The notes beneath the pieces were generated by a model. The model searched no databases. It worked only from the letters and a program-made list of their open reading frames with translations, and had not been told where the DNA came from. A program made the translations under genes and the position numbers. Source: Macrostomum lignano (Eukaryota). Taken from it: DNA of 64,000 nucleotides. Location of the stretch: the NCBI GenBank assembly GCA_002269645.1, contig NIVC01002952.1:23878-87877 (forward strand), in the 5' to 3' direction. Below, piece after piece: positions 1 through 12,198 of the stretch (the first letter of the stretch is position 1; every line of letters begins with the position of its first letter).

Positions 1-147
<147 letters not shown>

Positions 148-739
148 AGCTGATTTTTTCGTTTGAGTTCGGAGTCATTTGATTTTTAAATAGTTCTGCG
201 TTCATTGCAATTTTATTTTATTTTATTTTAACAATCCTGACAGAAAATTCGTTTCTGTAATTGCAACCTACGAACACTTTTTCGAGTCGCATTAGGCTTA
301 AAAATGCCTTCGTCGAGCTGAAGAACGTCAATGCAGTTTGAGAGACAGAGAGTATCCGGTTTTTCGCGAGGGAACCGCGAGTCGTATGCAAATATCATAT
401 TTGGCAGAATATTTTTCGTTTTAGTTCGAAGTTTCTCGATATTTGTATAGTTCTGCATTCGTTACAGTTTTAATTTTTTGGAATCAAGCTGTGATTACTT
501 TTTTATATTGCAATTTGCTTTAAAACGCCTTACAACACGTACGAGACAGTAACGAAATCACAAAATATATTTATATACCAAACCCCCTAGGAAACTTACG
601 GTGGAGATTCTCAGCTTTACTAGTATTATATCAGAGCTTTTTGAGACGCGATTGGGCTTTTCTCATGGCCAACAGTAAGTTTTTGCTTATCTGACCTGTA
701 CACTTTCTTGTCTTTGTTAGCAGAACAATTGAGATCACT

Positions 740-1000
740 CTACCGTAAGGTGCCATACTGATGGAGGACGTTTGGACAAGTCTTCCACAAAGCGTGGTCT
801 ATTTAGGCGTAAAGTATTTCCATTCATATTTATCCATTGAGACAGCTGTTCTTCAGAAAGATTATTCGCTGTCTTCCACAATCTCTTTTTCTTAAATCTT
901 TCCAGTCACTGACAGCTGCTCAATTCCTCTCTACGTACCTCATGATAAGGCCAAAGAACTCCAACTGCCGTCTCCGGATATTTTCCATTTAATTTCCTTT
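740..1000 (-). mobile_element. Decayed 3' fragment of an RTE-like non-LTR retrotransposon
   Basis: Hand translation of the minus strand gives ENIRRRQLEFFGLIMR...KRDCGRQRIIFLKN...ALWKTCPNVLHQYGT with stops. This resembles the C-terminal IRxRQLxFFGHIMR...GKRxRGRQR block of RTE-clade ORFs (family call from memory, no search run). Confidence 0.5.
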
Positions 1001-4000
1001 TTACAACCAGCTCGTCGTAAGGTCAGCCACCAACTGCTACTAGCACTATGTGAGCCATCAGTACTACCTGTTTTATGATCGAATGATCGGCGAGTCAATT
1101 GGGGTCTCCCCACTAGTTCAGGCTAGTCAAGAGGTGGCTGGACACCCTACAGGATAAAAAAAATCTGTCGTCATAAAAAATGCCGTCATTTTTGCCATGA
1201 AAGAGAAACTATCGTCAAGCACAAACACACAAAAAATCACAAGCTGATGTGAAGGGGGTCCTCACCACAAATAGGGGGGAATCCCTCGCCCGGTCAAGCA
1301 GATGAGAATGAACCTGGCTGGAAGATTTCCGGAGTACGGTCGTACGGATACAGATATAGTATCTGTTTTTGGTTTTCGATTGTCTCATAGTTAGGCTGCT
1401 TGCACTCTATGCCATTGGGCGTTGGTTCTCATGGGAGAAAATCATCAACTCTCATCATCAAATAATCATCACAAGCCCCTGGTCGACATTTCAGCAAAAC
1501 TTTTAGAAAGATATTTTGCGATTTCAAAACAGTTTTTATGATTTTAATATATAAAACATTCATAAGAGTATTTTATTCGGCATTCCATTTAGCCCTGTGG
1601 CTGTGCTTTTCAAAACTGGCCCTCACTTTTCAGTGCTGCATGCTTAACGTTTAATACTTCGAAGTAATCTTTCTATTTTAGTAAACCTATTCGATCGGAA
1701 GGGCCTATGCCTTGTGCTCCTGCTGAGCCTGATGTTCGAGTCAATAAGCTGCTGTCGCTGTGTCATTCCGGTCGCCGAGTCGACAAACCGAAATATCGGG
1801 GGTTCGAGCGCGTTGGAAGGAGATCCGACAATCCCAAAAGCGAGCCATCAACTGACAACCAACCCGATGTGGCAACGATGATTAAACGAGGAATTCAGGC
1901 TTATGACGTTTAAGGAAGACACTTCCTTATGCGACGCCAGTTTTCTGCAAGTACTCGTAATGTCAATTACAATTGTAGCATTAGTAGTGCTGCGCCCGTA
2001 TATTGAGCAAATAAAATACTGACACGCCTGGTTATAATTCGCCTGATGGTGTTGGCAAACGTTTACTGATGTATTTTCTTTGGTTTGATGAAATAAAAGA
2101 TACGACAAAACCGATCGGGGTAGCTTTAATCCGTCCAAGCCTCGCACACCGCTCCCCCCCACTTCATTCCTCAACTCAAGTCGGCCGCAACTCGTAAAGA
2201 TGAGAGACTTTTATACCTGCACTCTCAGAAGTGGCGACCACAGACAGAATTTTCTGTGATCGCGACTTTTCGATGTTGCTGATTTTTTGTAGAAAATTAC
2301 AGAGGGATTACTAAACATTTTATCTTCCATCAAATATTTTGAGCGAGCCGCTTTTTTATTCAAACAAGTGGAAACATCAATTTAATTTAGACACGTTACA
2401 GGCGTATGGGGCTTGTCTTAATTGATTTTCTGCAAGCACAGTGCAACATAGACGTACGCTTGCTAAGTGCATGTCTATGCTGGCACAACAAATCGATAGG
2501 GACAAGCTGCAGCGCCTGTCCAATTCCTGCGCCGGCGGCGACTTCAACTTGCGGGTAACGTGATCCGGGCCGAGAACTACAGCCCCAACCTGTTCAGGAC
2601 GCGTCCTGCTGTAGTAAGTTGCAAGTGTACTTCGTATGCGCAAAGTCGCTAGAGCGGAGTTGGGGGTTGCTATTAAGTACAGCATGTACACGTGCTTTTC
2701 ACTCACCCCCTCTGTCTCATATTTTATTACCCAGTTATGTAAACAATCGTTTTACATGTATCGTATTTAACCTGCGTATCGATCTAATAAACGCCATGAA
2801 GAGGCTTCGTCAACTCTCTGCAGTCGTACACTGTATCTCTCTGCCTTAGTACGGGCCGAGTTCGGGCCAGCCCCTCGTAATTATTCTCGTACCTAGCCCC
2901 CGACCTGTTCAGGACTTCCTGCTGCTCTCACCTTGCAAAAGGCCCGTTCAGCAAGGCGGGGTCAGGTCCGAATCGAACGGCCCTTCCGAATCCTGCTCTC
3001 CACTACTGTGATCTTTGCATGAGGGGCTGCGTATTAATTGTTTTGCGCTGTTGATGTTATTGCTGCACAATAGGCTTGTAGAAGTAATTCCCCGTTTATT
3101 CTACTACGCGGCTATAAGTGTCACTTTGTACGAGCTACATGTAGAAAGATAAGGTTTGCAGTCGAACGGGGGTCAAGCTGCAGAGCAAATTGTTTTTTTT
3201 TTGATAGCAATTAAGGAGGAGAAGCTGTGTTTCCGTATTAAAGATTATCGCCCAGCTCGCGTTAATCGTTCCAACCAATCTCTGCAGGACGTGTGATGCA
3301 TGACGTACATGTAGTACATATGTACTCTCTCCAACGAGAGGCTGATGTGTAGTAGTGGATATATGTAGCGCGTGTCACCGAACACAGCAGCGGGGCTCTG
3401 GAGCGTTATTTACGTGAGTCTCTTTCCCAGCAGAAGTGATTTAGCGCACCATTTACATGTATCTCCAGCTGGCTCGAATTAGCTCATGCTTTAATTCTGC
3501 TCCTGCATCCTGCTCCAGTTCGATCGTTGCCAATGGAAGAGCATGAAACTGAGATAGTATCAGGTTCTGCCGGAACAGCTAAAGGAGCATCCAAGACGAT
3601 GATGGTTAATATCTGTGGCGAGACAAACACGGCAGGGGGGCGCTGACAAAAACATCACTGGCAACAATGTATGAAGTTAAAAAGCAGGTGACCATCGATT
3701 CACAGACCGAACAGGCGCCTGAAATGCCAGCCATTGATGAAAGATGGCTGGTAATTCTCGTAGTTGCAATGTAAAAGTATAGTATAGTCAATGCTGTAGC
3801 TGTAAAACATTTCGTCATGCATCTATTTAATCACAGCAAATATAGTTAAAAGTTTTCACTTGTCTTTTAATATTCTTAAAAATTATTTTAAAAAGCCATT
3901 TGGCTGTAAGCATAGTAATTTAAATACTTTTGTTACTTTAAAATGCATAAAGCTTTAATTCGAGTTTGTTGTTTTCCTTGAAAATCCAATACGATTATCC

Positions 4001-4288
4001 ATGACTGATCCATGATTCATTCATCGTTCATCATTCATCATTCATCATTCATCATTCATGGAATGAATGACCATAGTCCAACACTTCGAGCTTAAAATAT
4101 CAGAATTATGTCTTTATTCTTTTAAAATACTTTTTACCATGTTTCTTTTTTGTTGCTGGCTCTTGTCATTGTTATTTTCTTTCAAAAAATAGATCCATTT
4201 TCAATTTACAACAATCAATCTAGATTTTTAATGCCAATTCCAAATTTTAATTTTTCAGATTTATGACATTTCTTATTGTTATGGTGAT

Positions 4289-4455
4289 TAGGGATTCCAA
4301 AATCCCGACAATTTACAATCCCAGGATTGAGAAATCCTGAAATCCCAATGGTTTAAAATCCCGGGGGATCACTAATCCCAGAAAATCCTGACTGAGAGTA
4401 ATCCCGGGATCCTGCTTCGAAGTTCAAAAAAATCCTGGGATCCCGGGATCCCAAT
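4289..4455. mobile_element. Possible DNA-transposon end fragment rich in GGGAT/ATCCC palindromic motifs
   Basis: Cluster of gggattcc, aatcccgggg and gggatcccgggatccc motifs; no TSD found. Confidence 0.25.
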
Positions 4456-5110
4456 ATCAAATGTATTGAAACATCTGCATCCAGCTTCCACCACTACCAC
4501 AGAGTATAATTATGATATTTATAATGATAGCTAATGGTCCAAACTGGTATATTTACGCAATAAACTTCTCTTTGCTTAGTTATTGTACAAGTAGAAATAG
4601 AAAATTGTTTGATAATAATAAATAATATTTATCCATAAAAGATAATTGATAATAATTGATTACAACAATAATAACTTGTTTTAATATAGGTTATATAGCC
4701 AGCTATGCAATATCAATATAAATTATCAAAGTAAATGTCATGTTTAATGCCACGTTACAGTGTGACTTCTACCCCCTACCCCTTGTTCTAATTAGGCCCT
4801 ATAGGCATAACTTTTGAATGAATTGACATTTTTACCCCATTTAAAAAGCAAAGCAACCATTGGATTTTTTTTCTACTTATGATGCAGGTTGCATCAAATT
4901 TGAATATCATAGTCAGCTTCTATACCAGTTTTTCCCACTATTTCTGGGACAAGCCTTGTACATATGCAACATTGGGAATCACTTAGCCATTTCTATTGGC
5001 AACATACACATGTAAGTTGCTAATTGGCTGAGAGCAGTCACATGACTACTATTCCATCCAAAAGCAACTTATATGTGTGTGTTGCTAATAGACACGGCTA
5101 GGTAAAACCT

Positions 5111-6365
5111 GGCATTCCTTCGGTTTATGATCATTTTTCCACCCACATTTCGGTTCACGATCCCCATGTAATTTTTCATATAAATGATCATAGCTTGCTT
5201 GAAATAAACAAAAATTGTTAAACTGAGCTTATTCGTTACATTAAAAAAACTGAACGGAATAGCCAACAAATGGTTTCTTTCATGGCATGGCGATGACGAG
5301 GATCCTATATATCCACTTTGGTTTACGATCATTTAAACGGAAGCAATACATGTAAATGATCGTGAACCAAAGCTAGCGTATGTGTGTAAAGGGGTTTTAG
5401 TGTTTTACAAGCTCTATCTGAAATCGATCACTATCTCAATACATGGCTAGCTTCGGTTCACGATTATTTACATGTATTTCTTCCATTTAAATGATCGTGT
5501 ACCGAAGCTGAGGGGGGTGTCGAAGACATATGTAGTCATATATTTATTTGGTGGCTTGTTGGCGATTGAAATGTCATCTTGAGTTAATGTGCACTCCCAA
5601 GTAACTTGATGCTTTATTATTCTCTGCATGCTGCCACCCCCCCTCAGCTTTGGTTTACGATCATTTAGATGTAAGCAATACATGTCAAAGATTGTGAACC
5701 GAAGCTAGCCATGTATTGAGATAGTGATTGATTTCAGATAGAGCTTGTAAAACACCAAAACCCCCTTACACACATACGCTAGTCGCTAGCTTCGGTTCAC
5801 GATCCCTATTGCAGCCAAGGTCTGAACCGCGCCGGACACCCCCCTTTCCCGCACCAGACATCTACCCGTACTGCGCCAGGGCCAGTCCTCAGGATCAGTG
5901 ATTTGGTTCAATTAGTCAGTCAATGGCTCGCATCAATTGACGTTGACCTGGCCCTTTGTTGCCGCGCGCCGCCGCCACACGCCATGCCACCACGCGCCGC
6001 CGCCACGCACCGCGCCGCCGCCAGGCCAATCCGCGCCGGACGCCGTCCGCCAAAATGCCCATGCGCTGCAATCAGGTTCACGATCATTTACATGTATCTC
6101 TTCCATTTAAATGATCGTAAACCGAAGTGGATATATAGGATCATCTTTGGATTCTTGGAACTGTGAAATGAATCACTATAACCCCTTTACCTTCTTTTTT
6201 CATTTGAACATGCAGCTAGTGTTATGATGGATAAATAAAAAGGTTTGGAGTGCTTGTCTACACTGTTTTTTGCATTTTGATGAAATAAACAACAATTTTG
6301 TATCTTCCCTATCTCTCCAATGGGGATCGTCACTAATTTCAATGATCGTAAACTGAAGGAATGCC
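5111..6365. mobile_element. Non-autonomous foldback-type DNA transposon with GGCATTCC termini (Merlin/Mutator-like)
   Basis: TIRs ggcattccttcggtttatgatcatt / aatgatcgtaaactgaaggaatgcc. 8-bp TSD taaaacct (5103-5110) / taaaaccc (6366-6373). Internal inverted blocks (about 5360-5520 vs 5635-5805) and many cggttcacgatc modules. Confidence 0.8.
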
Positions 6366-6383
6366 TAAAACCCTAGGTTGCAC

Positions 6384-7048
6384 CTGGGTTTTTTGCCAGA
6401 GACAAGGTACAAAATCGCACCTTGTGCCAAATTTCAAGGTGCGATTTTAAGGCTCAGAGTGCAATTTCTCTTGAGTCTTGTTTTAGACAACTGGGAATAT
6501 ATATTTTAATATCTTACATAAGGCTATAGCTATGCCATAGGCTATATCGCCTATATGACTTAATAGGATTTAAAGAGTTATTTTGTTTCATATTTTAAGG
6601 CAGTGCATGAAAAATAGCTTAAGCATCATACATGTGCAACAGTCGGCCGAGTCGGCTGATCTGGCTGACCAATTTGGTGGCCAACCAAGGAATCGCAAAA
6701 ATGCCCACCCGAAAAAATACCTAAGTAGTACTAAGTAGCTGACGAGACATTTTGACTTAATAAGACAGTCATAGTTACTCCTGCCGTTTACCCAAAGTTG
6801 CGTTAATTTTGCATTAGGGTTTTTTACTTGTAAGTCACATTTTTGGCCAAAAACTATGTTGCATTTTTGTTTAAACTAAGTCGCATGGCCGACCGAATTT
6901 GGGAGGTTGCGGATATATGTTAAGCATGGTTAAGCCTTTAAAGAAAAATGGTTATAAGACTGCACCTAAACTGCACCTACTTTTTTAATTTCAGAGTGCG
7001 ATTTAAAAAATTTAGGGTGCATACGCACACTGCGCACAAAAAACCCTG
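6384..7048. mobile_element. Non-autonomous hAT-like element
   Basis: TIRs ctgggttttttg / caaaaaaccctg (CAGGG type); perfect 8-bp TSD ggttgcac at 6376-6383 and 7049-7056. Confidence 0.85.
6627..6919. mobile_element. P-like/hAT-like MITE (CATACATG..CAAC termini) nested inside the hAT element
   Basis: TIRs catacatgtgcaac / gttgcggatatatg; perfect 8-bp TSD ttaagcat at 6619-6626 and 6920-6927; a second copy starts at 29442. Confidence 0.85.
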
Positions 7049-7824
7049 GGTTGCACCCAAGCATGACTATGAATAGGCCTAAAATAGGGGTTGGCAACCT
7101 TTTTTTCCACTTGAGAGCTAAATGAGGTTTTCAGTTCAAGACCACAGGCCATAGGTTGTCCCTTTCAATTACTCTACCCTTTCAATTACTTCATCTACCT
7201 CAATTATCCCCCCTTCATTGGGTCTTTACCTTCTAGAATCTGCCCACTGAGTCTTTAACCCCAAGGATGCAGGTGGCCTACTCTGCAGGCCATAGCTCAT
7301 GGTCTAGAGCTATGGTCTAGTCATGGTCTGATATTTTTCTGAAATTTCAGAAATCATGGTCTAGGCCTATGGCTTGTAAATCATTTTGATGCTATTTCAA
7401 AAAATAAGTCTACATAACCGTAGCTTGCAGCTTTGGCCTGCTGAGTAGGCCATAACTATTTTCTATATAGAAAACATCTTATAGATCATGGTCAATGAGT
7501 TTTTCTATCTGATGTAGTCATTTTTAATAAGAAACAGTAAAAATCAAGAAGATAAATTGCTATAATGTATAAACAATTTTTAACAGCTAAACAGCAATAA
7601 TAACATAACCTGTTTGTAACCAGATGGCATATTGGGTATAACTTCAGTTTCTCGCTCTAAATTATTTTCTTGTTTTTCAAAAATTAATACTAATTAATTA
7701 ATACTTTAATTAATTGAAGTCACCAAATTAATACTTTAATGCTTTTAAACCTGCTTTACTGATTATTTTCTAGCCTTTCCAGATTAGGAATTTAGAAATC
7801 TGCTTCATATTCCTGCTTTGGATT

Positions 7825-7996
7825 TATACATGCGCAACTTTGGGAATCACCCAGCTGTTTCTATTGGCAACACACACATGTAAGTCACTATTGGCTGAGA
7901 GCAGTCATGTGACTACTATTCCATCCAATAGCGACTTACATGTGTGTGTTCCCAATAGAAACGGCCGGGTGAATCCCAAGGTTGCGCCCAAGCATG
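7825..7996. mobile_element. Intact 172-bp hairpin MITE inserted in the piggyBac 3' region
   Basis: About 70-bp inverted arms; perfect 8-bp TSD tttggatt at 7817-7824 and 7997-8004. Confidence 0.9.
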
Positions 7997-8119
7997 TTTG
8001 GATTTTGGACTACAACATTGTGTTGTGTTCACTTTTTACCTTTTACCTTTTTACTTGTTTTAAATTTTTAGACTAAGTTTTAAAGAATCCAGAAAATAAT
8101 TTAGAGTGAGAAACCAAAG

Positions 8120-9902
8120 TTATGCCACATATTGTTTGTCAATTAAATATGAGCTGCCTTTGGCTTTGGAAACTAAAAACAAATTTAAGTTACATCTGAG
8201 CCAGTTGGCAAAGCAGGGGGCTGCACACAGTCCAGGGTTGCCTTCACATGAGCCGCAGCAGAAGACTATTTTCTTGGCCTGGCCATTCTTGTAGCACTGC
8301 CTGCACTGCTTTGTTGGTTGGGCTTGCGCTTCGGTGGCTTCAATGTGCTTTAGCAAGTGTTGTTGATAAAGCCACTGCTGGCTGCTGCTATGCCCAAGCA
8401 GCTCTTACACAACCTGGTCCAGAGGAGTCAATAAAGTTCTTGATGATAGTCTCCAAAAACTATAAAAACTCCAGTGTACCTTCGCACAATCAGTACACAA
8501 CCCAGGCATTTCTGGCCAATACAAAAAAAGGTGCACGCCAAGCTTTGTAGGTCACTTCTAAGTCCGCCAGCATGGGTTGTATGGCTGCAAGGCAGAGTTC
8601 AGCCTGTCGACACCACCCATAAATCTGTTATACAACACAACTGTCTGTTGCTTCTGCTGGATAATCAGTTTGTTTTGCACAATTCAGTGAACAGGGTGAA
8701 GTTGGGCTACACCTTGCGTGTCAAGGAAGTAAACTTTCTTTAGGCCCAAGCTCTTCCTGTCAACTATTTTCAACGCTAGCACATTTCCTTTGCGCATAAA
8801 CATGTAGCTTGGAGCTTGGTTTTCCTGGATACCACAAAGGCTATCTGGGACACCGCAATTGGCGCAAATTGTGCATGTCGTCATAGTGCTCCACTGCAGC
8901 AGATACATCGCAAGACGATAAGATCTATCGCAGAAGATGTGATAACCTAAATCTAATACATACCTAACTGCCTCCACCAGGACTTTCTCACTCAGAGACA
9001 GCCCCCCCACACCCAAGACCTTGACCAAATCGCTCATTCTTAGCTCTACTAGAGTGCACTAACAAGTTGCTGACGTAACTGGATCTAGCTTTGTAGAGAC
9101 AATACAGTTTGATGCCATATTGCGCTTTCTTAGATGGAATATATTGACAAAACATGAGGCATCCCCTGAACAGAACACACTCTTTGTCAACACTAATTTC
9201 TTTTTCTGGCATGTATACACTATGACATATCTCAGCTATATGCGTGATAAATGGCCTTGCTTTTGCTAGCGAGTCATTTCCATGAAGTTGTTGCAATCAT
9301 AGAATGCAGCTGGCTACTGATCTGTTGGTACCTGTCCCTTGTCAGACAAGTGAGTTGTTGGAAGAAAGATATTGCGTAGAAATCATCATTGCTCCAATAG
9401 TTGGCTATTGCAGGCTTTTTATCTATTCCCATGTAAAGCAACATGGTGACAAACTTCTTTATCTTGTCCACAGTCACGTCTTTTCATGCAGAGAACCTTT
9501 GAGGCAGGTTTGGCATTGATGCTTGTAGCTGGTCAAATTTGCGTCACACCCTTGCATGGTCCAAGCGCAGAGCTGTTGCAGCAAGTCAGCAGTCATAAAC
9601 AGCTTGAAAAACGCAGCTGGATTGTCATCGGCAGTCTCTGGCTTCGGTAAGTCAGGATTGATACCAGGCATTCCCAAGAACTCAGGCTCTGCATCTGGCC
9701 GTTGATCCTGCCCAGCTTCCCGTGCCACCCAAGCATCATTTGGCAAGCCTCCGGCGTCTTCATTTGGCTGGAGATGCAGGTCTTCCTCTTCTTTATCTTC
9801 ACCCTTGTCCGCTGTTAGCCAGGCTTCTTCCTCCTTTAGTTTGGAGTCAATATCCAGATCAAATTGCACTTGAGCTGCAGCCATGCAAACACTGTCCAAC
9901 AC
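8120..9902 (-). pseudogene. Frameshifted piggyBac (PGBD-type) transposase
   Basis: Consecutive ORF pieces: acidic N-terminus + FFKLFMTADLLQQLC; LLYMGIDKKPAIANYWS; ISVDKECVLFRG (the usual SVDE motif has E>K); KKAQYGIKLYCL; GYHIFCDRSY; C-terminal Cys-rich CRQCYK...FCCGSC...LCAAPCFANW. Confidence 0.9.
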
Positions 9903-12198
9903 TTGGAAAGTATTGCACTAAAAAAAGCTGCTGATGATTTAATTAATTAATTGGCACTTGACTTTGATAATGTAGCTTCAAGCTTTCTTGATTTGATGAA
10001 TCCCACAATTTTACTGTGTCATTTATACCACCCACCCACCCATCTACCCCACTCCACTTTGTGTTTTGCTTTCATGTTTATCCTTTACTGCTACGAGTAT
10101 AAGCTAATCTGCCGGCTATCGCAGGCTACAAGGGTGTAAAAAATATGCTGAAATCCACAAGCCATCAAGCAATCTGTAAGCCACACTGATGAATAGAATT
10201 CCAAACAGCAGTGTAGGGGTTAACCTCTAGTATCTGCCCTCCCCCTGGGTCTTTACCCTCCATAATCTGCCCCCTGGGTATTTACCCTCTAGAATCTGCC
10301 TTTTTCCCCTCTAGGTCTTTACCCTCCAGAATCTACCATTGGGTCTTTACTTTCCAGAATCCACCCCTTAGGTATTTAGTACATTACTACATTTGTACCC
10401 CCATTGTTAGCCTATCACTATCTCACTTTTCTTTGCCGCCAGTTCCCCTGTTTCTTTTCTATTCAAAAGTTTAAACTGATGTGTTGTCTAGTCTAGACTT
10501 TGTAAAAAGCCACTTACACTCAGTTTGTATCTCATTACTAATTTGTCATTAAGGTTGAGGAAATTGAAGAAAGAAATTTCCCATTTTTAGTGCATAAATC
10601 TTTTGTAGAAAAAACAATGTGCAGTTACAATTTACAATAAAAGTGCAGGCCAGATTATAATATTGAAGATAAAGGAAGTTTGTAGGCCGCATAGAAAGTC
10701 TTTGTCAGTTAGATCTGGCCTGTAGGCCAGAGGTTGCCAACCCTTGGCCTAGAATGATACTTCTTGCGCTACTGCTACTTAAATGTTATCTGTGCACTAT
10801 CTACAAGTATATATTGTTTGTAGATGCCTTTTTATGTCCACAATCTAGAACTTATAGCCAATTAATAATATTTCATTGAAAAAGCAAGATGAGTTTTAAG
10901 GTTCTTTCAGTATATATTTTTATGTTTTTTAAGAAAATTGTAGTAGCATAATCCTTTTTATGTATCATCAATAGTGACTTAACTTTTAGATTTAAAGATT
11001 TAGATAATAGAAATAATGTTTTTATTATAAAAAAAATAGCAAAGTATTGTAAAGGATCAATATATAATAACTTTTTTCATTAGAAAACATTTTTCATAAC
11101 TTATTATTTTGTAAAATTATAAAGACCTCGTAATGCCATTTGACATTCTAGATTCAAATTTAAGATGCCAAACTATAAACTAGGATTCTAGCAAGCAATG
11201 GTCAACTTTTTAAAAATCAAATATAATATCAATATCTTTAAATACTGTTTTTTCATTGCTAAGCCTCTAGCTTATTCGTCTATTATATCACTCAAATGTG
11301 CTAATGCCATTGGCTATATTCCTATTGTAGTCATAGTTTAAGGCTAAATTGGAATCTTATCTTAGCTCTGTTTATGTAATCAATATCTTTGAAACCAACC
11401 TCCAATGCATAGTAAAGTGTATATGCCTAACAATAAATAAAGTTGGGGCTATTATATACTTATCAGAATGTGCGCCTGCTCAGGGCCAAGAGAACTAGTA
11501 GAATAGGCAAGTTATGTAAGAATGTCACTTGAAGTTTGCTAGAGTACATATATCCTTTGGTTCTAACTAAAAAACCTAAGAGCCTCTGCAACCCAAAGAA
11601 GTTTTAGAAGTCTGCAGATTGATGTTGATAGATTACTCATCTTTGACAATAGATAGAATAGTCTTTAATTTCTAAGTATCCCAATAGTTTTCAAATCATT
11701 AATATTTTGAATAGAATGTAAAATACAGAAAAATATTAATTTATTAAACCCTGCTTTGAAATTAGTGCCAATTAGACATCTCCTAGATGATTGTAGATGA
11801 TTGATCAACTTATAAATGTCACTTGAACTAAATCAGAATAAATTGTTTGCTGGCTTCTACAAGCATAATGATTGTTGTAGATTTGGCCATAGGTATAAGT
11901 AACAATAATCATCTATGCGGCTTTTTTTCCAACAGCAGTTGCATCTATTGAAGCAACTGAAATGAATAAATTTGAGTATTTTAAATAGCAACCCTTAGAA
12001 TCAGATACTTTTTGTGTCAGCTTATTTAACTTTTTTGGCAGTCTGTGGGTCAGAGAGGCTCCAAAATGTAAATGTTAAGGTAGAGATGCTGGTGTTTTAT
12101 CTGATTTTGAATTTATCAGCAGAGGTAAACTGGGTTTTTGACAGAAAACAGGCCAATGTTTACCATAGAGAAATAACTGAAATTATCTGCATGCCCGC

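Larger units (their letters stand above)
4961..7065. mobile_element. About 170-bp palindromic MITE (CAT..GCGCAAC family), split by two later insertions
   Basis: 4961-5110 plus 6366-6383 plus 7049-7065 rebuild the element seen intact at 7825-7996 and 52241-52411. Confidence 0.8.
7259..10219 (-). mobile_element. Full-length but decayed piggyBac transposon
   Basis: TTAA at 7255-7258 and 10220-10223 flanking CCCC...GGGG ends. Transposase remnants lie on the minus strand at about 9902-8120. Confidence 0.9.
7085..10746. mobile_element. Non-autonomous hAT element hosting a piggyBac insertion
   Basis: TIRs taggggttggcaacc / ggttgccaacccttg; 8-bp TSD gcctaaaa (7077-7084) / gcctagaa (10747-10754); its internal gggtctttaccctctagaatctgcc repeat is interrupted at a TTAA. 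Confidence 0.75.

Noticed and set aside
1095-1400. Possible retrotransposon 5' UTR with an HDV-like ribozyme
   Set aside because: I could not build the nested double pseudoknot by hand; it would need an RNArobo or Infernal search.
1700-3900. Several short ORFs in moderately GC-rich DNA with small repeated motifs (acctgttcaggac at about 2590 and 2903)
   Set aside because: No recognisable domain, termini or TSD; probably old repeat sequence.
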